Of a stretch of 64,000 nt of DNA, positions 24,026 through 38,743 are shown piece by piece. The DNA lies in assembly GCF_018350175.1 (NCBI RefSeq), contig NC_058383.1, positions 10,914,001 through 10,978,000 of the forward strand. Reading direction: 5' to 3'. The notes below the pieces were generated by a model. The model worked only from the letters and a program-made list of their open reading frames with translations, was not told the DNA's origin and did no database searches. The translations under genes were made by a program, and so were the position numbers. Source of the DNA: Felis catus. Its lineage: Eukaryota. Each line of letters starts with the position of its first letter. The first letter of the stretch is position 1.

Positions 24026-26229
24026 TGCATAAAGTTATTCTTCAGAATAAAGAATATCATAAGCTGTGGTTCCCAAAGTTGGTGGAACTAATAAGAATGT
24101 TCTAAAATTGTGTAACAGGGGCTCCTGGGTGGCTCCGTCAGTTAAATGTCTGAGTCTTGGTTTCAGCTCAGGTCATGATCTCATGGTTCGTGAGTTTGAG
24201 CCCCGCTTCGGGCCCTGTGCCGGCAGGGTGGAGGCTGCTTGGGATTCTCTCTTCCTCTCTCTCTGCCCCTCCCCACTTGTGCTCTCTCCCTCTCTCTCCC
24301 CCTCTAAAAATAAACATTAAAATAATTTTTAAGAGATTATAAAACAAAACTGGTAAAAATAACAAAGTTGATAAAATGCAAACTTGGAAGGGCTAATACA
24401 GAAAGGCTGCTAGGAAAAAGAAAGTGGGAACTTAGAGAATAGAAATGAAAAATCACTTTTGTCCTGAGGGTGTCTACCAGTTTTACCTCCTTGTGGGATG
24501 AGAGGCTCAGAAGTTGAAGCCCAGAGCCTGCACAGAGCATGGGGGTCAAATAGACCTTTTCTCCCCCCTAGTAAGACTCCAGATTGGATGAGGGTGATTA
24601 AGCTAGTCTGCATCCCTATTTGTGGTCTGTGTTAACATCTGGGTGGCCCAAGGAACCTGAAGCCTTGAACTTGGATTATGGCAATCCAAGCAGGTAGTGT
24701 TCCTAGATACCTGGAGGGACCTGTCTTAATCCGAGGCTGGTGGGGAGGGGCAAGGGAGAGGGAGAGAGAATCTTTTTTTTTTTTTTTTTTTTTTAATTGT
24801 ATTTATTTATTTTGGAGGCCGGGGAGAGAAAACAGGGAGAGAGCGAATCCCAAGCAGTCTCCGTGCTGTCAGTGCCGAGCCAGAGGCAAGGCTTGATCTC
24901 ACGAACCGTGAGACTGTGACCTGAGCTGAAGTCAAGAGTGGCACGCTTAACCGACTGAGCCACCCAGGTGCCTCCAGAGAGAGAATCTTAAGCAGACTCC
25001 ACGCTCAGCTCAAAACATGATGTGGGACTCAGTCTCATGACTGAAATCATAACCTGAGCCAAAATTAAGAGTCTGATGCTTGACCAACTGAGCCACTCAG
25101 GTGCCTCTAGGGTCCACATTTAAAATAAATGTTTTTAACAATTAAAAAATATATTTTTTAATGTTTGTTTATTTTTGAGGGAGAGAGACAAAGTGTGACT
25201 GGGGGAGGGACAGAGAGAGAGAGGGAGACACAGAATCCGAAGCAGGCTCCAGGCTCCAAGCTGTCAGCACAGAGCCCAACGTGGGACTCGAGCTCACGAA
25301 ACGCAAGATTATGACCTGAGCCAAAGTCAGATGCTTAACCAACTAAGCCACCCAGGAGCCCCATTAAAATAATTTTTTAAAGAAATGTTTTCTTCTTTTT
25401 TTTTCTCTTTCTCCTCCTTATGTTCATTTGTTTTGACAGAGAAAGCACAAGTGGGGGAGGAGCAGACAGAGAGGGAGAGAGAGAGAATCCCAAGCAGGTC
25501 CTGTGCCGTCTGCTTGGAGCCTGATGCAGGGCTCTAACTCACAAACCACAAGATTATGATCGGAGCTGAAATCAAGAGTTAGATGCTTAATCAACTGAGC
25601 CACCCAGCGCCCCCCCCCCCCCCCGCCCCGGGGAGTAAAAAAAAAAAATTTTTTCTTTAACATTTATTTATCTTTGAGAGAAAGAGAGGGAGTGTGCAAG
25701 CAGGGGAGGGGCAGAGAGAGGGAGACACAAAATTCAAAGCAGGCTCCAGGCTCTGACCTTTCAGCACAGAGCCCGACACAGAGCGGGGCTCGAACTCACA
25801 AACCGTGAGATCATGACCTGAACCAAAGTCAGACACTTAACTGGCTGAGCCACCTAGGCGCCCCAAAAATAACTTTTTAATGTAAAGTGACCAGCACATA
25901 GTAGAAGATAATCAGGCATACATGGGAACAAGTACCATGAATATGAGCAAGAACCATAAGCAATAGAAATACAGCTAAGATTTTTTTTGAATTATCAGAG
26001 ACCATAAAACAACCACCTCTGTTATGTTTGAGAGACAGCACGAGCAGGGGATAGGGACAGAGGAAGCGAGAGAGAGAGAATCCCAGGGAGGCTCTGTGTC
26101 CACTGCACAGCTCAACATGGGGCTCAATCCCATGACCCTGGGATCCTGACCTGAGCCAGAATCAAAAGTTGGATGCTCAACCAATTGAACCACCAGGCAT
26201 CCCTTACCTCTCTTATATTTAAAGACGTA

Positions 26230-26960
26230 TGTCAGGCTTGAAAGTCTCTAGGGAGTAGGAGACTAAAATGTTACATAACAACAAATAGGAATCTTAGAAA
26301 TGAAAATTGTGAACAAAATAAAAAGAAAGAATTGGTGAAGCAGAAAGTGAGTCTGAGGAAAGAGTTTACAAAAGAGAGGAAAAATGAGAAAAATGCAGAA
26401 GAGGGTATGAGTCTTAGTTATCAGCACCCATTCCATCTGAGTCTCACAGGATGGCAGACAGAGAACGGGACAGAGTCAGTATCTGAAGAGGTAACAGCTG
26501 AGAATTTACCACAAGGAATCCTCTTTCGAGAAGCCCAGTGAATGACATACTGAATAGAAAGAAGGGCGAAGCCCAGCGAATGACGTACTGAATAGAAAGA
26601 AGGGCGCATCTAGATGCATCGAAGAAAGAACATCCTAAAAACAGCAGGCATACAGATGGGGATTATCTTCACAGGATGGAGGCCAGACTATAATGAAATA
26701 ACCTCAGTGTGCTGAAAGTAAGAAGTTCTCAACCTAGATTTCTATTCTAGTGAAAATATCTTAGAAGAATAAAAGGACTTTTAGCACACAAAAGTTTGCC
26801 ATGAGAAAGAAATTTTAAAGGATTAACTTCAGGCAGAAGGAAAGTCTTGAGGTGCAAAGAGAATAAACAAAGACTCTTAAATGTGTGGTTAAATAAAGAT
26901 GAAAGATTGAAGCAAAAATGATGCTGCATTTGGAAGTACAGAATTAAACACATAAAAGAG
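26230..26960 (+). mobile_element. Degenerate L1/HAL1 ORF1-region remnant
   Basis: A-rich strand with gaatcttagaaatgaaaa, tgaagaggtaacagctgagaattt, gaagcccagtgaat and caacctagatttcta motifs; no intact ORF. Confidence 0.6.
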
Positions 26961-28214
26961 CCGAAAAAACATAAAAACACACACAAAAATATTCATTCGT
27001 GTAATAATAATCAGAATTGAAAGCCTGGATTGGGAATGAAAATTACTGATAGTTTTGGTAGAACATGTGACTCAACTTCAGGATCGTGAGTTCAAGCCCC
27101 ACTTTGGGCATGGAGCCTGCTTTAAAAAAAAATTATTGACAGTTTATGCAAACATGAAACCATCAGACATCAGTTTAGTAATGGACCTAGGATCTGAGTC
27201 ACCTAAGAAGAAATATAAATAATAAAACTATGAAAAGTGTTTCTTTAATAAGCAAGGAAGTTCGACTACTTTGGTAGTAATAAGGTATTCATAGTGATTA
27301 GGTCATAGCTGTGCATCCAAAGTGTTGGTGAGGCTGGTGAATTTAGCATAATTTATTGTTATTATTCTTTTAAATAACGTGCTTTTTAAAAATAATCTCT
27401 ACATCCAACATGGGTTTTAAACTTATGACCCCAAGATCAAGAGTCACATGCTATAGTGACTGAGCCAGCCAGGCACCCTGAATTTCGTATATTTTAAACA
27501 TTTCTGGAAACAGTGTAAAAATTTTGGTGTGATATATCAAGAGCTATAAAGATGTTCGTACAATTTATCTCTTTCAGTATGAAGAATTTTAAAATATGGA
27601 AATAAGGCAAAAGACATATCTATTTAAAAATTTTTTTTTACTGTTTGTTTTTGAGAGAGAGAGAGAGAGAGAGAGCGCGAGCGCCAATGGGGGAGGGACA
27701 GAGAGAGGGAGACTCAGAATCTGAAGCAGGCAGCCGGCTCTGTGCCCCAACTCGGGGCTTGAACTCATGAGCCGTGAGATCATGACCTGAGCCGAAGTCA
27801 GACGCTTACATGACTGAGCTCCACCCAGGTGCCCCAACAAAAGATATATTTATGAAGATGCTTAGAGAAATTGTTATGATTCCATTTTGATGGGCTGCTA
27901 CATAGCTGGGATGAAGAATTTATGCTATAAGAATATGTAATGTGGCAAATAGATGATGCTGGCTGATCATGGAGGCAAGGTCGTTGCCCTGATAGGGGGT
28001 TAGCCTCCTTGGAATTTTAGTAATTTATCCTGAGGGTCTATGTCCCTGCTGTCTCATGGGCATTTTAATCATAACGTATCATAAAACTGTATTTCTGTGT
28101 TCCTCCTCTCAGGACACCTACCAGAGATACTACAGGTACCACCATGGTGGCTCAAGGGGTCCTGAGAATTACTTCTCACAAATAAGCTTAAATGAACTTA
28201 TGCAACATGGTGTA

Positions 28215-28397
28215 ATCTCTGTAGCAGTATGGTTTTTGTGATGATGGAAATGTTCTGTGATCTGCAATATAGTAGCCACTAGCTACATGTGGACACCGAG
28301 CTCTTGAAAGGTAGCTAGTACAACTGAGGAACAGAATTTTAGTTTTTCATGAAAATAGTTACATGTGGCTACTGGCTACCATATTGGATAGTACGGA
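28215..28397. mobile_element. MER3-like hAT DNA transposon
   Basis: tgtgatgatggaaatgttct...tagccactagctacatgtgg...catgtggctactggctaccatattggatagt. Confidence 0.8.
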
Positions 28398-28856
28398 TAG
28401 TACATCTCTAAGTATTGGACACCCACTGGGTTGTTCCTTGACCGTTGGTCTTCTGCCTTGGATGACCGCCTTATAAAGAGATCACCTTTTTTCTGTCTAC
28501 CACCCCTCCTTTACTAAGACCGCATCAGAGATACACAGTGGGGAGTGAACACAGGTTACAAATCCAGAAACCAGAAGTCATTTTCTTGTCTAACGTGGGT
28601 TCACCCTATGAATTGTCTTAGGTCAGTTCTTCTTCCTTGCCTGTATATAAAAGACTCAAAGGGATCCATTCTGTTTTTGTATTTACTGTCTTATGGAGTA
28701 CATGATTATTTTGTTCATTTTCCTTTTTGTTCCAGAGAATATCACTGATGAAATTCAGAGATACAAATATGGGTATTTGCATTCCTTGAGCACAGAGCTA
28801 ACTGCCCTATTTTAGTTGCTTTCAATGGTGCTTTTTTTTATTGTTCATTTCTAGTG

Positions 28857-28884
<28 letters not shown>
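28857..28884 (+). repeat. (AC)14 microsatellite
   Basis: Read directly from the sequence. Confidence 0.95.
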
Positions 28885-28891
<7 letters not shown>

Positions 28892-30669
28892 AAAATAAAG
28901 CAAGAAGAAAGACTACATGGGTTCTGCTCAAGTATTTTATGGGAACACCGTCTCCTGTGAAGTTCTTTTTTCTAGGTTCTGTGAATACTTCTGTTTTGCT
29001 TTTGTCCTCTCTTTCTCCCTTACAGTGACTGTCACGTCTCCTGTCCCATAAGCTTGTGTCAGCAGCCTGGCCTGGTGTGTGTCCCTTGTATCTGTCGTTA
29101 ATGCCGCTATGTGATGGCAGTTCCTTTCTGGGAAAGAAGAGAGAAGGGCAGCAGTTGCCCAGGGAGGGTGCCAGGGAGTGTTCCTTGAGTGGTCTTGACT
29201 CAGCTAATCAGGGAAATGACCTCTTGGGGCGGACAGAGAACAATTCAGAGAATTTCTGTTGTAATGCGGATATACACACATTTCTTGAGAACAGAAAGCC
29301 CCAAACAAAATTCATCCTTCCCCATCAAGCTTGACGGGACTGGTCACCTCCAAGGTTCTTCCCATTGAACATTGCTGTGATGCCTCCTGAGTTCTGGTAA
29401 TGAAATAGGACCTCTCGTCGCCTGTGGCACCCCCACAGGGCTGTCGGCGTGGCCTCTGTCTCCTATTTCTTAACACTCATTGAACACGAATGACCTCATG
29501 ACAGATTTCCAGCAATTTAGGGTGAATAGTGGAAATAGCAGTAGGCAGAAACTTTTGTCCTAGTGTTGTGTTCTGGCACTGATAGTGGCTATATGACCTT
29601 GACACATCACTGCATTCGTAAAATGAGAACATACCTCCTCTTTTCCTTGCTGGAGAATTGAATGAAAAGTGAGATTATGAATAAATGCTATGAGAAATAA
29701 TGACGGTATATCCTAGGTGAATGTTCTAATTATGGCAAATGATATGGCTTTGTTGTCCATTTTTACTGAACCACATTTTATTTATTTATTATTTATTTAT
29801 TAAAAACATTTTTTTTGTAATGTTTTTATTTATTTTTGAGAGACAGACACAGAGCACAAGTCAGGGAGGGGCAGAGAGAGAGGGAGACACAGAATCCGAA
29901 GCAGGCTCCGGGCTCCGAACCGTCAGCACAGAGCCCAACCCAGGGCTTTTGAACCCACCAACCTCGAGATCATGACCTGAGCTGAAGTCGGATGCCCAAC
30001 CGACTGAGCTCCAGGCGCCCCATTGACTGAACCACATTTTAATATAAATTTACTTTAACTTAGTTATCCGAGGGGCACCTGGGTGACTCAGTCAGTTAAG
30101 CATTGACTTCGGCTCAGGTACTGATATCATGGTTCACGAGTTCAAGCCCCACATGGGGCTCTCTGCTGTCAGCACAGAGCCAGCTTCGGATCCTCTGTCC
30201 CCCTCTGTCTCTGCCCCTCTCCTGCTTGCACTGTCTCTCTCTCAAAAATAAACATTAACCAAAATTTAAAAAAAAAAACTTAATTTGTCTAAGAGGTAAG
30301 AATGGGACCAAAGCTGTTAGGGAAAATGATTTCTAACCATTCTCTTGCTTAATGCTGCTTTTCCTGACTCCATCTCCATTCAAGATAGAGATCTTGTTTT
30401 GGAAAACAGAATTGCTTCTGTTTGTTCACAGATCCAGGGATAAGTCGTCATTATTTTTGTTACTGTCTTTCATTGTCAAGTTTTAATTCCTAAGTATCTG
30501 TGCTCTGTTACTTTTGTGTGGGCCCCAGCCTGAGTAGAGGAGGGCCAGAGTGAGAGAATCCCAAGCAGGCTCCAGGCTCTGACTTGGGGCTCGAACCCAT
30601 GAACTGCAAGGTCATGACCTAAGCCAAAATCAAGAGTCGGACGCTTAACCGACTGAGCCACCCAGGCAC

Positions 30670-31320
30670 TCCAATTTTAACCATTTTTAAAAGTACTTCC
30701 CTGACATTATATGCATTCATTATTGTTCCGCAATCATCACCAGTATCTAGTTCCAGAGCTTTTCATCATCCCAAACTAAAACTATGCTCACTAACAATAA
30801 ATCCCCGCCACTCAGTCTTCCTAGTCCCTGGCAACCACCGTTCTACTTCCCGTCTCTGCAAATTAGACGAATTCGAGGTCTCTCATGTGAGTAGAATCAC
30901 AATAGTTGTCTTTTTGCGTCTGGCTTATTTCACATAGAAGAACATTTTCAGGGTTCACTTACGTCGTAGCATGTTTCAGACCTTCTTTCCTCTTTAGGCT
31001 GAGTTCTATTCTGTCGTATAGATGTATCACATCTGCGCGTCCGTTCAGCTGACCGTGGACATTTGGGTCATTTCCGCCTGTGTAGCTGTGGTGCGTGATG
31101 CTTCTGTGAACATGGGTGTAGACCCAGCTGAGTGCCTGCTTTCAGTTCTTCTGCGTATATACCCACAAGTGGAATTACCGTGTCACGATAATTCTGTTTA
31201 ATTTTTCTAGGAACTGCCAAATTGTATTCCACCGTGGAACATCATTTGACATTCCTAACGGCAGTGCACGAGGGTTCCGCTTTCTCCACATCTTCGCCAG
31301 CATTTACTATTTGGTGTTTA
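30670..31320 (-). mobile_element. L1MB-like 3' fragment
   Basis: ccctggcaaccaccgttctactt, tctggcttatttcac, gtggaatt, aggaactgccaaattgt motifs. Confidence 0.8.
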
Positions 31321-31860
31321 TGTGTTGTATTTTTACAGTGTTTCAGATTCCGCTGAGGCTCCTTGCCTGATACCCGAGTATCAGAAAGCGTTTTCCAAAG
31401 AGACCGATAGGCTTATTATAAAGGAATCTTAGATATCGTTTGTCCTGCAAACTATTTCCTCAGTAAGAAAGAAGAAATTCTCTTCCACAGCGTCAGTCTG
31501 CTGTACCCACTCAGCGTGGGCCTGGGACGAAGGCCGCTTTGCATCCACGTCCTGTGTTAAACTGTCGTAAACGGTCACTGGATTGTGGAGTTTACAGTCT
31601 CCTCTCACTCTCACTTGGGAGAGATTTTAACTGGTTGTGGGTGACATCTGAATTTATTTTGGGGGGTTATGCTGACATAGTATGGAACTTAGTGGGACAG
31701 TTAGGGGATAGATTTTCTATCTTAGAGGGTAGGAGTTTTTGACAAATCAAATACTCAGTCTCTGAGCCTTATGTTTTCTCTCCGGCAAGAAAACTGTAAA
31801 TGAGGCCATCTGTGGGGGACCCTCACCAGCTCTCAACGTATGTTTAGAAGAACATTGTGA

Positions 31861-32031
<171 letters not shown>

Positions 32032-35000
32032 TAGTTGGATAGGATTGAGCCGGTGGGTGAGACTGATTTGTTTTTGTAAACATAGTACGTTTTCTGGTAT
32101 AATAAGAAGAGGTTTTTTGCTTAAATAATAATTATGGATTTAAGCCTTTCAAATCATTTTGTTACCATGTTTCAGAATATTCTTAACTTCGGTCAATATT
32201 TTATGTTTTACATTCAATTGTAGTTGTTTACCTGCCAATATCTTAGGCAGTATCTTGTTTTGCAGGCATTAGCTTTGAATTTATGTGTAATATTTGGACC
32301 CACTCAGAGTGAGTTTGTATATTCTAGGGTGGTGCTCTGTATAAAGAACACTGGCAGGATATGGAGGCCCTGAGGGCCTGCTCTCTTTTTCTGTTCATAT
32401 GTGCTGTGACCCACAGTGGACCTTACTCTACTGCCTTTCACAGCGTATGTAGTGTGTTAGCTCTTTATTTTTAAGAAACCTGTATCGTATACTTAATTAT
32501 AGCAAACTATTAAGTATTCTTCTTTTGCTGTATTTTTGTATTACTGTGATGGTAGTAATACAACTTAATCATGTTTTTACAGAACTATAGCTAGAAACAT
32601 AGTATTTCAGCCTGCAGGTTTCTATGCATCAGACTTAGGTATTTTCTGATGTTGAAATTAAATATAGTATACTCCAAGTAGGAGGAGGCTATGTATTTTC
32701 CATCCTAGTTATTGACTAGTATTAGATAGCATTTAATCTCACAGGTGTCAGTATAAAATAATTTGCGGGTTGGTTACCCTCCCCGCCTTAAGGCATTTTT
32801 TTCCTTCTTTGTACTATTTGAGAATTTTGAAAAATAATTTCCTTAAAGACAGAAAGTTTAGTATCTGTTCAGTGGCTGTATACTGTTACTTTCTGAACGT
32901 AACTTATTTCTACCTTGTGTTCCTAAAACCAGCCAACATTTGTAGCTATAATGTTATTTTATTTACTTAAAAAAAAATTTTTTTTTTAACGTTTATTTTT
33001 GAGAGAGAGGTAGACAGAGTGTGAGCCATGGAGGGGCGCAGAGAGAGGGAGACAGAATGTGAAGCAGGCTCCAGGCTCTGAGCTGTCAGCACAGAGCCTG
33101 ATGTAGGGCTCGAACCCACAAACCATGAGACCATGACCTGAGCCGAAGTTGGACGCTTAATCAACTGAGCCACCCAGGTGCCGCTGTTTTATTTCTTTTT
33201 TAAATGTTGATTTATTTTTGAGAGAGAGAGAGAGACAGAATGAGGGGTAAAGAGAGAGGAGAGAAAGAATCCCAAGTAGGCTCCACACTGTCAGCACAGA
33301 GCCCGATGCAGAGCTCAAACCCACGAACCCTCAGATCATGACCTGAGCCAAAATTGAGTCAGACGCTTAACTGACTGAGCCGCCCAGGTGCCCCTGTGGC
33401 TGCAATGTTAAATGATAGGTTAGAGATTAAATTCTATACTCTGTTTATTAAAATGATTTTCTTTAATACTATACTATACGTAGAATAACATGGTCATATA
33501 GGGCCCATTCTCTTCCTTTAAACTGTCTTTATAATTTTCTTAGGCAAAGTCACTTCATTATTCTCAGCCTTTATTTCCTCCTCACATTCCTGGTTGTAAA
33601 TTGTGAAGTATAATTATAGGTGTATAGGTCAGTTTCATCTTTCCTTTGGCTCATAGATTTCTTTGATCTAATCTTTGGGCTGTACATGCATCTTGCTTTG
33701 CCATTTCATAAATACTGCCTTTGGTGACAGGAATGTCCAACTAAGTGTGGATAGTGGAGTAGGCAAGCACCCTGTCCATACCTAAGTACGTAAATAACAC
33801 TTCCTTTTGGGTGAGCAGCCACAGTATATCTCATGTAAATATAACGTAACGAAATTAAAGGATGGCGTTATTCTTCATGCTCAGAACAATTGTTGACTCA
33901 TCTCTAGGTCAGAAGTTCTGCACTGTGACTTTATTATATTTCAAAAGATATCTGATCATCTCAGTAGTTTTAAAATTATACATGATAATGTTGTAGAGCA
34001 GTATTATGCAAATCATTTTTATTTAAGAAATTAGAGAATGGTCCTTGTGTAAATAAAAACCAAATAGAGGAAAGCTGTGGTTTGCAACAAATGGTACTGA
34101 GAACATAGAGTATTTGGTCCAAACAAAACAAATCAACAACAAAAACCAAAAGAAAACCCAAAAAACTTCAAGTGTTTATTATGTACCAAGTTGAAATTCT
34201 AGATGAGTAAAAAAAATAATATATTAGCGCAAATTTTAAAAACCAGAAGAAAAAATATATAATTGTATATTTAATTTCATAAACAGCTTTTCTGTGCCTA
34301 AAATAAGTGAGGTACTTTTGTGCATCAGTAGGGAAACAGACTACTAACATAGTAGAAGAATAAGCAGAGTATATGTTAATTTATAGAAAAATATCTAAGG
34401 TACAATACTCCTTAAGTTTGATACTAGCTAATTAGTGGATTATTGATTATACTAAGATACCCTTTTAAAATGTTTCTTGAAATGTTACACTGTATCATTT
34501 TTGAGATTTTTGTGAGTTCGCTTTTGTAGAAGCTCAGATGGGAGCGTAAACTGATAGAACCTTCTTGGCAGTCTGCAGTAGGTTTTGAGAACCTTAAAAG
34601 TATTTGCTTTCAGAGTCGAAAGTTTTCTGACTCTTGTTTCTATTTTGTTCCCAGATTATTATTTCAGTGTTATTTTAAGGAATGATACTTAGAATCGCCA
34701 ATATTTCCAATAATATTAGTACTAAATGAATTATTGTACATCCATAAAATGGAATGTTATAGAAGTTTTTGAGATTTTTAAGAACTTTTAATTTCATAGG
34801 AATATACTTAGGAGAAGCCCTACTTAGTAAAAATATATTCGCCCAACACGATTCCCATTGTGTATATTCATACAGAGATACTTCTGGAGGTGGGATTATG
34901 TGGTAGATGTTGTGATGTGGCTTCAACTTCCCTTTAGGACTGATGCACTAATTCCCCCAGCTGCTGTGAGCATTCGAGGCTCCCCTGCCCAAGGTCTCCC

Positions 35001-35422
35001 CTTTCTTTGCGGGGGAGCATTCCAGCTCTGGAGCTCCCCTGATGCAGGTGCACCAGTGATCAGCTCTCCCTGTGCCTGTGCCGAGTTCGGTGCCCCTCAC
35101 GTCTCATGGGTGTTGGTATTGAGAGTACCCACCAGTAAGCCCGTGTGCAAATCTGAGTCTGCTTCACGGGGATTTGGCCTGTAACAGATTGCAAGGGATT
35201 TCTGCCTTGTTTTGTTAAAAATTCTGCTTTCTCCTGTTTAAAATTGGGGTTCAAAACTATGTAGAAAGAGAGCTACTTGTAAAAAATGGTGACTCTCTTC
35301 TTTATGTGATTATCTAAGCCAGAAACTAGGAACTTCATCTAATTCCAGATTCTGTAGTAAGAGTTGAAGTGAGATGTTTTATTCATCCAGCAGAAATAGT
35401 ACTTTTAAACACCTGTATGTAA

Positions 35423-35656
<234 letters not shown>

Positions 35657-37764
35657 TGACATTTATACTAAAAGGACGTTCTAAAATGTCTACAGAGACA
35701 TGCTCCAAATGAATCACAGGCATGGTAATCTATAAGGGTAAATTTTACTGAAGAGTGTAAGGAAAATGGTGAATGTGTACTGTTCTGTGTTCCTTTCTCG
35801 GCATTACTTTGGATTAGTGGCACAAGGAGAGAAGGTAGAGAAATTTTGAATTGATTTAAGGTTCTTATTTAAATAACATTTATTTTCTTGATAGATATTT
35901 GGTGTGTTCAAAACAAGTCTTTCAGTGTGCATTAAATTTGTGTAAGCACAATACAAATTTAGGTCTCTGATTCTCTTAGTGGAACCAACTGGTCAGAGTC
36001 CTCAGTGAGTTTTGGGATCCTCCAGTTGGGAGTTCATCCAGTTGGTGAGAACTTACTAGATACTGGCACAAATGCAGTAGAGAAATGTGCTGTAAGATGT
36101 TAATACCTATGGCCTTTCACAGACCCACAGTTTCTGTATCTGTGTTGTGTTTTTGTTTTTGTTTTTTAAATTTTTTTTAATGTTTATTTATTTTTGAGAC
36201 AGAGAGAGACAGAGCATGAATGGGGGAGGGTCAGAGAGAGAGGGAGACACAGAATCGGAAACAGGCTCCAGGCTCTGAGCCGTCAGCCCAGAGCCTGACG
36301 CGGGGCTCGAACTCACAGACGGCGAGATCATGACCTGAGCTGAAGTCGGACGTTTAACCGACTGAGCCACCCAGGCGCCCCTGTTTTTGTTTTTTTTAAT
36401 ATATTTTTTTTAACATTTATTTATTTTTGAGAGAAAAGAGACAGAGCGTGAGTGGGAGAAGGACAGGGAGAGAGGGAGACACAAAACTGGAAACAGGCTT
36501 CAGGCTCTGAGCTGCCAGCAGAGCCTGATGCGGGGCGTGAACTCACGAGCGGTGAAATCATGACCTGAGCTGAAGTTCTCCACTTAACTGATTGAGCCAC
36601 CAGGCGCCCCTTCTGTATCTGTGTTTAACCTAACGCTGTCCACAGGTTTTATGTTGACTCAATGATATAGCTTCTACTTCAACATGGAAAGAGAACAAAA
36701 TGGTGGGGATGTCTGTTTATAGGCATTTAATATATGTATATATCTTTTTTTTTTTTTAAACGTTTATTCATTTTTGAGAGACAGAGACAGGCTGTGAGCA
36801 GGGGAGGGGCAGAGAGGGAGGGTGACACAGAATCCGAAGCAGGCTCCAGGCTCTGAGCTGTCAGCGTAGAGCCTGATGCGGGGCTCAAACTCAACTGGGA
36901 GACCATGACCTGAACTGAAGTCGGCTGCCTGACCGACTGAGCCACCCAGGTGCCCCTCCTAAGTATGTATCTTTAAGTGCCAAACTTAAATTTCCATTAT
37001 CTAGTTAGATCCAATTCACGATAAATTGAGTGGATCATGGGTGAATAAAATTAGTTTTCTTAATTTATTAATTTCAGTTGTCAATTGTAGTTTTAGTCCT
37101 TTTAAAAAAAATATCTTCTCTCCACTGCATGCCTCCCTCCACCCCCACTATAATCTTTATAAGCTTTATGGCAGTATAATTCATTAAAATTTTTTTTTCA
37201 TTATTTCTGATCATTTTGAGAATTTTAAGGCTTCGATTATGTTTGTGTGTTTAAGTTTATAGTAATAATGTTTTGATTATGTGTGTATCAGCTGCCATCT
37301 GTCCCATGAATACTATAATCCCCCTGGCAGCTGTGTTTATATTCCCGTTCCCTACACTGCCTTGCTTATGTGGTTCTCCAGTGGTTAGAGCTAAGCATTA
37401 GGGGGACTTGTCCTCAGTTGCAAACTGTAGTCCCTGCCTGTTAGTATTCATACTTTCTTTTTGTTACCAATAATTCAGTGCTCCAGAGAATAATCTTCGG
37501 ATGTAATTCTTTTTTTTTTTTTTTTTTTTGGATGTAATTCTTCAGTGCATAATATTTGTTTGTAGAATCTATTTTGCAGATAAGGATCAATAGTGGTCTT
37601 CTGTAACCTAATCAGTAGGTTTATGAGTCAGTTTTAGAAATTCTTGGGGGAGACTTGTCTTTCCCAGGGGCTGGAAAAGCACCATCCAGGAGAAATAATA
37701 TGATGCGAATCATTCCTAGAATTTGAAACTTTTTAGTTACGACATTCATAAGAAAGAGAAACAA

Positions 37765-37995
37765 GGGAAATTTATTTAGTGGTTATAGGTTAACCCAGTC
37801 TATTTAAAACATTATCATTCAACATGTGATCAACCTAAAAATTATGACTGGGATATTTTGCATACTCTTTTTTTGTACTAAGTTTTCAAAATCTAGTATG
37901 TATTGCAAACTTACAGCACATCTTAGTTTGGACTGGTACATTTCAGGTGTTAGGTAGCCACACACAGGTGGTAGACTTTTCCAACCTGGACTGTG
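37765..37995. mobile_element. MER33-like hAT relic
   Basis: aaaacattatcattcaacatgt...aaaatctagtatgtatt...acttacagcacatctt...acatttcaggtg...tagccacac. Confidence 0.65.
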
Positions 37996-38743
37996 TTTTG
38001 TGGTGGTGATAATCTCATGTTCAAGTTTGTAGCTGATAAATTACTCTAAAGACGTGTCTTTTTAATTTTCTTTTATTAATTTTTTTTAATGTTTATTTAC
38101 TTTTGAGACAGAGAGAGACAGAACGTGAATAGGGGAGGGGCAGAGAGAGAGGGAGACACAGAATCTGAAACACGCTCCAGGCTCCGAGCTGTCAGCACAG
38201 AGCCCGATGCGGGGCTCGAAGTGACGGACTGTGAGATCATGACCTGAGCCGAAGTCGGACGCTTAACTGACTGAGCCACCCAGGCGCCCCAAGACGTGTC
38301 TTTTTTAAAACTACTAGTAGTTAATTTTTACTTTACAGAATTTTTAGTCATAGCAACGCTTATTTCAGAGATGATGATCATTTCTTACTATTTTTATTCA
38401 AGCCATTTATGTCTTATGTTTTTATTTTTAAAGCTTAAAAAATTATTTATCTGTCAAATAAGCCCTGTGCCCAGCATGGGGTTCAAACTCACCAGCCCAA
38501 AAGATCCAAGAGTTGCACACTCCACTGACTAAGCCAGCCAAGCTTAATTATTTTTAAATTCCCCCTCATCCCTTTTTTTCTGTCTTTTTATAACAAATCA
38601 TAAATATTAGAATATAGAAAAAACATACCTGAAACCAACATTGCACTGTATGTTAACTAACTAGAATTTAAAAATTTGACAAAAATAAAATAAAGCGAGA
38701 AACAAAGAATATAGGAAAAAAATACTCTTTTAAAAAAAAATTT

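Noticed and set aside
28990..29400. Strong-looking acceptor (ctcccttacag at 29025) as a cryptic exon
   Set aside because: No convincing nearby donor; isolated acceptors are common in long introns.
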